Below are positions 25,243 through 30,885 of a DNA stretch of 30,885 nucleotides, piece by piece (the first letter of the stretch is position 1; every line of letters starts with the position of its first letter). Location: positions 1-30,885 of IMG/VR virus record IMGVR_UViG_3300044724_001531, one strand, 5' to 3'. This stretch comes from a virus (taxonomy: Duplodnaviria > Caudoviricetes). The notes beneath the pieces were generated by a model. That model was not told where the DNA came from. It did no database searches and worked only from the letters and a program-made list of their open reading frames with translations. A program made the position numbers and the translations under genes.

Positions 25243-26635
25243 CGCCAATCCTTTTGAGGAGTTTACGTTACAGTACATGGATGACCCTGTGCTGTTCGTC
25301 AAAGAAGTGCTAGGCGCTGAGCCTTTGCCGTATCAGGCTGAGTTTTTGGAGGCTATTGCGACAGGAGAGCGTCGGATTAGCATACGAAGCGGTCACGGCA
25401 CTGGAAAGTCAACGTCTGCCTCGTGGGCGATGCTGTGGTATTTGCTGATGCGGTTTCCCAATAAGGTGGTTGTGACAGCCCCCACAAGCGGTCAGTTGTT
25501 TGACGCACTGTTTGCGGAGCTAAAAAGATGGATCGGTGAGCTGCCGAAGCCAATACAAGACTTACTGACCGTAAAAAGTGATCGAGTTGAGCTGTCGGCT
25601 GCGCCGAGTGAGATGTTTATTTCTGCCAGAACAAGTAGAGCAGAAACGCCAGAGGCTTTGGCTGGGGTACACAGTGACAATGTTTTGCTTGTTGTTGACG
25701 AAGCGTCTGGTGTGCCTGAGAAGGTATTTGAGGCGGCTGCTGGCAGTATGTCGGGTCATAATGCTACGACAATCCTTCTCAGCAACCCAACGCGCTCGAC
25801 AGGTACGTTTTATGAGAGCCAGACGCGGATGGCGAACAGTTGGTGGACGCAGCGGTGGAGTTGCGTTGACAGTCCACTTGTGAGTGATGAGTTCGTTGAC
25901 GAGATGCGTGAGCGGTATGGTGAGGAGAGCAATGCGTTTCGGATCAGGGTTCTTGGTGAGTTTCCGTTAGCTGACGATGATACGATTATACCGTTTCATT
26001 TGGTTGATGCTGCGATGAACAGGGATATTGAGGTTGATGATGAGCGTCGGCCTGTCTGGGCTGTTGACCCTGCGCGGTTTGGTAGCGATAGGACGGCGTT
26101 TTGCAAGAGGGTCGGATCAGTAATAACCGAAATAAAGTCGTGGCGTGGGCTAGACTTGATGCAGACAGTTGGTCGTGTGATGGCAGAGTATGAGGCTCTA
26201 AATCCGAGCAACAGGCCGTCAGAGATATTGGTTGACAGCATTGGCGTCGGCTCTGGCGTTGTTGATCGTTTGCGTGAGCTTGGAGCGCCTGTGAGGGGTG
26301 TGAATGTGGCTGAAAGTCCGTCTATGGGCGAAACGTACAATAATTTGAGAACTGAGCTGTGGTTTAAGACAAAGGCATGGTTGGAGGATCGTTCTTGCAA
26401 GTTGCCGCAAGATGATGAGCTTTTGGCTGATCTGACAGGCATTCGGTATTCGTTTACGTCGTCTGGCAAGATGGCGGCTGAGAGCAAGGATCAGATGAGG
26501 CGCAGAGGATTAAGATCACCTGACTTGGCAGATGCTGTTTGCTTGACAATGGCGTCAGACGCGGCGATGGCTCTGTCTGGGCCTATGAGTACATGGCGGG
26601 GCGAATTGAGAAGGAATTTGCGTGGCATAGCATAA
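25232..26635 (+). CDS. terL: Terminase large subunit
   Basis: Walker A SGHGTGKS, VVTAPT, Walker B LVVDEASGV, SNP coupling motif; nuclease AVDPARFGSD and SPDLADA. Confidence 0.95.
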   Translation: MTTDANPFEEFTLQYMDDPVLFVKEVLGAEPLPYQAEFLEAIATGERRISIRSGHGTGKSTSASWAMLWYLLMRFPNKVVVTAPTSGQLFDALFAELKRWIGELPKPIQDLLTVKSDRVELSAAPSEMFISARTSRAETPEALAGVHSDNVLLVVDEASGVPEKVFEAAAGSMSGHNATTILLSNPTRSTGTFYESQTRMANSWWTQRWSCVDSPLVSDEFVDEMRERYGEESNAFRIRVLGEFPLADDDTIIPFHLVDAAMNRDIEVDDERRPVWAVDPARFGSDRTAFCKRVGSVITEIKSWRGLDLMQTVGRVMAEYEALNPSNRPSEILVDSIGVGSGVVDRLRELGAPVRGVNVAESPSMGETYNNLRTELWFKTKAWLEDRSCKLPQDDELLADLTGIRYSFTSSGKMAAESKDQMRRRGLRSPDLADAVCLTMASDAAMALSGPMSTWRGELRRNLRGIA

Positions 26636-26669
26636 GTGTGCTATGGTCGGTGCAACATAGGAGGTTTTT

Positions 26670-26783
26670 ATGGCATATGGTAAAAAGATGGGCGCTGCGC
26701 CTAAGTTTAAGCCTTGCAAGGGCTGCCCAACGCCGATGGCGTGCGCTCGTAAGGGCAAGTGCATGGCGAAAGCGAGAAAGTAA
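26670..26783 (+). CDS. Small basic Cys4 peptide, 37 aa (not in ORF track)
   Basis: SD AGGAGG; MAYGKKMGAAPKFKPCKGCPTPMACARKGKCMAKARK*; TAATG coupling. Confidence 0.75.
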   Translation: MAYGKKMGAAPKFKPCKGCPTPMACARKGKCMAKARK

Positions 26784-26953
26784 TGCCAGGAGCTAAGAAG
26801 GGGCTTTATGCCAACATTCACGCCAAACGGAAGCGGATTAAGGCTGGTTCGGGTGAAGCGATGCGGAAGCCAGGCAGCAAGGGAGCGCCGACTTCTAAAG
26901 CATTCAAAGCGGCGGCAAAAACGGCGAAGAAGCCAGCGAAAAAGAAAAAGTGA
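26783..26953 (+). CDS. Small highly basic protein
   Basis: MPGAKKGLYANIHAKRKRIKAGSGEAMRKPGSKGAPTSKAFKAAAKTAKKPAKKKK*; coupled on both sides. Confidence 0.8.
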   Translation: MPGAKKGLYANIHAKRKRIKAGSGEAMRKPGSKGAPTSKAFKAAAKTAKKPAKKKK

Positions 26954-27081
26954 TGCCTTATAGTAAGTACAGTCCGAAACAGAAGAAACTTGCAGCAATG
27001 GCGGGAAATCGCAAGAAGATTACGGCTGCTGATCTGAAAGCTGTTTCTAAGGCTAAGGCAAAGAAGAAGAAAAAGAAGTAA
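26953..27081 (+). CDS. Small highly basic protein, 42 aa (not in ORF track)
   Basis: MPYSKYSPKQKKLAAMAGNRKKITAADLKAVSKAKAKKKKKK*; TGATG and TAATG overlaps. Confidence 0.75.
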   Translation: MPYSKYSPKQKKLAAMAGNRKKITAADLKAVSKAKAKKKKKK

Positions 27082-27341
27082 TGGCGAAAGACCCTAAACT
27101 GAGCCGTGTTGGCGTTTCTGGTTATAATAAGCCAAAGAGAACGCCAAGCCATCCGACAAAGAGCCATGTTGTCGTGGCGAAAGAGGGTGACAAGACGAAG
27201 ACGATACGGTTTGGTCAGCAGGGCAAGACGGGCGATAAGACGATGACGAAGCGTGCGAAGTCGTTCAAAGCGCGTCATGCGAAGAACATTGCCAAGGGCA
27301 AAATGTCTGCGGCGTATTGGGCGAATAAGGTTAAGTGGTAG
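27081..27341 (+). CDS. Small basic conserved phage protein
   Basis: KSHVVVAKEG..KTIRFGQQG...KSFKARH...SAAYWANKVKW motif. Confidence 0.8.
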   Translation: MAKDPKLSRVGVSGYNKPKRTPSHPTKSHVVVAKEGDKTKTIRFGQQGKTGDKTMTKRAKSFKARHAKNIAKGKMSAAYWANKVKW

Positions 27342-27776
27342 ATGGATTATCGCAGAATATATGCCGATCTGACTGGTGACTTCCGCACGCCTTATATTGT
27401 GGATGATAGTGACGCTGAGCGTTACAAGTATTCAGATGCCACTATGAAACGCGCTGTTGAGGAGCTGCAAGGCGCTGCGACAAGCGGTCAGTATGATTAT
27501 TCTCGTCGTATGATGGAGCAGCATGGCCCTCGTGCTGGCGCTTCTGCTGGTCGGTTTTATCCTGAGACATCTGAGGCAGGTGAGGAATATTTCGCAAATC
27601 AGCTTTTAGAGCCATATAGCCAGGGTGAATATGGAAAGTTGGCGTCAAATGCCATGCGTTCTCTTTTTTTGCCAGAGGGGCAAAAAGTTGGCATAATGCA
27701 GGGAGTTTTTGATTACTTCCAAGAAAAGCCAGTGCGCGAAGAGCAGCGTCGGTTTGAGAGAGGATTGCTAGACTAA
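27342..27776 (+). CDS. Hypothetical protein, possibly virion-associated
   Basis: 144-aa ORF abutting both neighbours; ends in RGLLD. Confidence 0.65.
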   Translation: MDYRRIYADLTGDFRTPYIVDDSDAERYKYSDATMKRAVEELQGAATSGQYDYSRRMMEQHGPRAGASAGRFYPETSEAGEEYFANQLLEPYSQGEYGKLASNAMRSLFLPEGQKVGIMQGVFDYFQEKPVREEQRRFERGLLD

Positions 27777-28396
27777 TGGCACTTACAACATACGCAGAAC
27801 TAAAAACGAGCATCGCGGATTTTCTGAACCGCGATGATTTAACGTCTGCCATTCCTGATTTTATTACGCTGGCTGAAGCTGACATGCAGCGCCGCGTAAA
27901 GCATTGGCGTCAGGAAAAGCGCAGCACGGCTGAGCTAGACACGCAGTACAGCGCGATCCCTGCTGATTTTCTTGAGGCAATACGTTTTTATATTACCTCA
28001 AATGACACTTCGCCGCTAGAACTGATTAGCCAAAGCGAAATGTTGGATCGTCGCTACCGCAATGCAGATACGACAGGCAAGCCGCATTACTATGCGATCA
28101 CTGCTGGCGAGATTGAGGTTTACCCCACGCCTGACGGAACGTACAACGCAGAGCTTTATTATTACTCACGGATACCTGCGCTGTCTGACAGCAATGCGTC
28201 AAATTGGGTTTTGGAGTATTTTCCTGATGCGTATCTCTATGGTGCGCTTGTGCATTCAACCTTTTATCTTAAAGACGATGCAAGGGTTCAAGGCTTTGCA
28301 GCACTTTATCAAAGTGCGCTTGATAGCATTAACGCCGATAGCGAAAGTAGCAAATTCGGCGGATCAGGAAGAAGAATGCGTATTCGCGCTTATTAG
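27776..28396 (+). CDS. Head-to-tail adaptor (tail tubular A-like) protein
   Basis: MALTTYAELKTSIADFLNRDDLT..IPDFITLAEA, GKPHYYA, YPTPD and PDAYLYGAL motifs. Confidence 0.85.
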   Translation: MALTTYAELKTSIADFLNRDDLTSAIPDFITLAEADMQRRVKHWRQEKRSTAELDTQYSAIPADFLEAIRFYITSNDTSPLELISQSEMLDRRYRNADTTGKPHYYAITAGEIEVYPTPDGTYNAELYYYSRIPALSDSNASNWVLEYFPDAYLYGALVHSTFYLKDDARVQGFAALYQSALDSINADSESSKFGGSGRRMRIRAY

Positions 28397-28406
28397 GAGA
28401 TAAATT

Positions 28407-28793
28407 ATGTCGCTATCCAATCTATTCGAAACACGCGTTTTGACGTGGCTTTTTACTGGCGATGCCGTTACGCGCCCAAGTTCATTCTATGTCGCGCTGT
28501 TTACATCTAACCCAGCAGAAGATGCGTCAGGCACTGAAGTTAGCACATCTGGCACAGCATATGCGCGTCAGAGCGTTACGTTCAGCGTATCAGGCAATAC
28601 CGCGACAAATACGGCTGCGATTGAGTTTCCTACGGCGACAGCATCGTATGGCACAGTTACGCACGTTGGGGTTTACGATGCCTCTACAGCGGGCAACTTA
28701 ATTGCCTATGCAGCGCTGACAACAAGCAAGGCGATTGACACAGGCGATGTTTTACGCCTGCCAGCGAATGACCTCGATATTACGATGGACTAA
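28407..28793 (+). CDS. Small tail/fibre-associated beta protein
   Basis: SD AGGAG; YVALFTSNP, YARQSVTF, IEFPTATASYGTVTHVGVYDA.TAGNL motifs. Confidence 0.75.
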   Translation: MSLSNLFETRVLTWLFTGDAVTRPSSFYVALFTSNPAEDASGTEVSTSGTAYARQSVTFSVSGNTATNTAAIEFPTATASYGTVTHVGVYDASTAGNLIAYAALTTSKAIDTGDVLRLPANDLDITMD

Positions 28794-28797
28794 ATAA

Positions 28798-29523
28798 ATG
28801 GCTGACGTAACGTACCGCAGCGCTTACGGCAAAGGCTTATATGGCGTTGAGGCGTATGGCGTCAGCGGTGCTTTCAAAGAAGGCGAAGCCATTGTTATCG
28901 GCGTTACCTCAACGGCATCTGCTGTTGTGCGTGTGCGCCTTGCTGCGTCTATCGTTGCGTCTAGCTCAAGCAATGCTTCTGATGCGCAGCGTGTGCGTGA
29001 AGTCAGCGCAACGTCTAGCATTGCCGCGTCTGCCACAAGTGCTGCCCAACGCGTGCGTGAGAGCGATGCTGCAGCGGCATCTAGCGCAACTGGTGCAGCA
29101 TCTGTTGAACGTGTACGCGAACAAAGCGCGGCTGTTAGCATTGCCGCAAGTAATACATGCGCTGCGACTAGAGTTAGAGAAAGCGCGGCTGCGGTAACGT
29201 CTAGTGCAAGCGTTGCAGCAAATGCTGTGACAGTCGTGAGCATTGCCCCAACTGTGGCTGTCGTTACAACAAATGTTGCAACGGTAAATCGCGTGCAGTT
29301 CAGCAGCGCTGCTATTGGTACTATTTGCAGTACGGTTTGCAATGCGATTGAGAAGTGGGAGCCGCTTGCTGGCACGGCTGAAGTTTGGACAGAGGTTGAT
29401 CCTGCAAGCGAAATATGGCAAGATGCATCAAGCGTGACCGATAGCTGGTCTGCCATTCCCCCTACATCGGAAACATGGACAGATGCTTCGGCTGCAAGCG
29501 AAACTTGGGCTGATGCCGCATAG
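28798..29523 (+). CDS. Ala/Ser-rich repeat virion protein
   Basis: YG repeats at the N-terminus, about seven 20-aa RVRE repeats, six Trp at exact 10-aa spacing at the C-terminus. Confidence 0.75.
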   Translation: MADVTYRSAYGKGLYGVEAYGVSGAFKEGEAIVIGVTSTASAVVRVRLAASIVASSSSNASDAQRVREVSATSSIAASATSAAQRVRESDAAAASSATGAASVERVREQSAAVSIAASNTCAATRVRESAAAVTSSASVAANAVTVVSIAPTVAVVTTNVATVNRVQFSSAAIGTICSTVCNAIEKWEPLAGTAEVWTEVDPASEIWQDASSVTDSWSAIPPTSETWTDASAASETWADAA

Positions 29524-29532
29524 GAGATAGAT

Positions 29533-30885
29533 ATGCCAACAACAACCACAACGTATAGCTTTAATAAACCAGTCGTCGGTGCGGACGAGGACGATTGGGG
29601 CGGCTACCTTAATGGGAACTGGGATAGCGTTGACGATCTGCTTGACGGTACTACGCCTGTCACTGGCATTGATATTAACTCAGGTACGTTGGACGGTGTA
29701 ACGATTGGCGGCACAACTGCGGGCGCTGGTACGTTTACAACGCTGACAGCCAACACAAGCATTACTGGTACGTTGGCAACTGCCGCGCAGCCTAACATTA
29801 CGTCTGTCGGCACTTTGACTGGCCTGACAGTCAGCGCCAGCGCATCTTTAGCAGGCGCAAGCACAACCGCAGACATTACCTTCGGCGACGACGACAAAGC
29901 CATCTTCGGCGCAGGGTCTGACCTAGAGATTTACCATGATGGGTCTCATAGTTATGTGCATGATAAAGGAACAGGCAACTTAATGTTGCGTGGCACCAAC
30001 ATTCAGCTTCGTGGTAATATAACTAACGAGCTATTCATGAACTGCGTCGAGAATGGAAGAATTGACCTTTATTACGACAACGCAGTTAAACTCGCCACCA
30101 CCAGCACAGGCGTAGACATCACGGGTACTTTGACCAGCGATGGGCTGACATTAGAAACTAATAACGCCAGCATTAATTTCACAGGCACAACGGGTAATAA
30201 TTTTATTAACGTAAAGCAGGGTCTGCGGATTGACATTGATAATGACGATGACCAAGGAGCCACATCTTTTGGCATCACTCATGGTGGTGGAACAGGGAAC
30301 ATATTTAACGCCTCTGAAAACGGCGACATCAGCTTTTACGAGGACACAGGCACCACGGCAAAGTTCTTCTGGGACAGTAGTGCTGAGAGTTTGGGCATTG
30401 GGACGACTTCGCCTGCTGGTGCTTTGGATATTTCAGGTGGAGATGTCATACTGGGTCAATCGTTAGACCTAAAATGGATGAACACCGCCAGAGACACAAC
30501 TTTTGGTGTCATTGAGGGTCTTGCTGCGGGGACTGTATTTAAGTTTGGCTCAACGGAGCATATGCGTATCGACAGCAGCGGTAATGTTGGCATCAACAAC
30601 ACCAACCCCAGTGGCAAATTGCACATTGGCAGTGGTTCATCTAGTGCGGCTATATCAGGTTCGGCTGACGAATTAATCTTAGATAGTGCTGGAAACGCAG
30701 GGTTAACAATTGCAACGGGGAGTTCGGCGGTTGCGTCTTTATTCTTTGCTGACGCAGGAAGTAACGCATCGGGTTATATTCAATATACGCACAGTAATGA
30801 TGCGCTTGCGTTTGCTACAAACAACGCCTCCGAAGCCATGCGCATCGACAGCAGCGGTAAGCTGTATGTTGGTAAAACCGTAAAC
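29533..30885 (+). CDS. Tail fibre protein, 3'-truncated by the window edge (not in ORF track)
   Basis: SD AGGAG; MPTTTTTYSFNKPVVGADEDDWG anchor; DITFGDDDKAIFGAGSDLEIYHDG, LGIGTTSP and repeated MRIDSSG fibre motifs; frame open to the window end. Confidence 0.9.
   Translation, partial: MPTTTTTYSFNKPVVGADEDDWGGYLNGNWDSVDDLLDGTTPVTGIDINSGTLDGVTIGGTTAGAGTFTTLTANTSITGTLATAAQPNITSVGTLTGLTVSASASLAGASTTADITFGDDDKAIFGAGSDLEIYHDGSHSYVHDKGTGNLMLRGTNIQLRGNITNELFMNCVENGRIDLYYDNAVKLATTSTGVDITGTLTSDGLTLETNNASINFTGTTGNNFINVKQGLRIDIDNDDDQGATSFGITHGGGTGNIFNASENGDISFYEDTGTTAKFFWDSSAESLGIGTTSPAGALDISGGDVILGQSLDLKWMNTARDTTFGVIEGLAAGTVFKFGSTEHMRIDSSGNVGINNTNPSGKLHIGSGSSSAAISGSADELILDSAGNAGLTIATGSSAVASLFFADAGSNASGYIQYTHSNDALAFATNNASEAMRIDSSGKLYVGKTVN

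Noticed and set aside
28824-29549. 241-aa minus-strand ORF
   Set aside because: Antisense shadow of the Ala/Ser-rich repeat gene, which has the operon context

Overview
This window is most of the genome of a tailed, podovirus-type dsDNA phage. The host is probably a marine alphaproteobacterium (inference from protein style and from apparent GANTC avoidance in spot checks). On the + strand, in order: end of a tail protein, a GNAT-like virion protein, four internal/ejection proteins, portal, scaffold, major capsid, small membrane proteins, holins and a GH19 endolysin (1-14205). Next come a 420-bp non-coding convergence zone and a short leftward operon (14628-16855). A divergent control region with four TTGCTAGCAA operators precedes an unannotated ribbon-helix-helix gene. 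The replication/recombination block contains a RuvC-like resolvase, a PD-(D/E)XK nuclease, an SSB, a primase-helicase and a PAPS-reductase-family protein, followed by a likely origin at a strand-skew switch (~22600-22780). Then follow a non-coding stretch with a dif-like XerC/D site, an NrdR-box-like motif and an IHF-like motif, an HNH gene, TerS/TerL, four tiny very basic proteins, an adaptor and tail-fibre genes running off the end. No integrase, DNA polymerase, RNA polymerase, tRNA or CRISPR array is visible. The most unusual observations are: (1) the dif-like site with host-factor accessory motifs in a phage with no visible integrase; (2) a cassette flanked by 24-bp inverted repeats that carries a ~125-nt structured RNA with its own near-consensus sigma70 promoter and terminator; (3) a circularly permuted tail-lysozyme domain with an internal restart; (4) Cys-initiated C-terminal domains on two adjacent ejection proteins; (5) one operator motif shared by the early switch, the putative origin and the terminase promoter. 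All family calls come from motif recognition by eye; no database searches were run.
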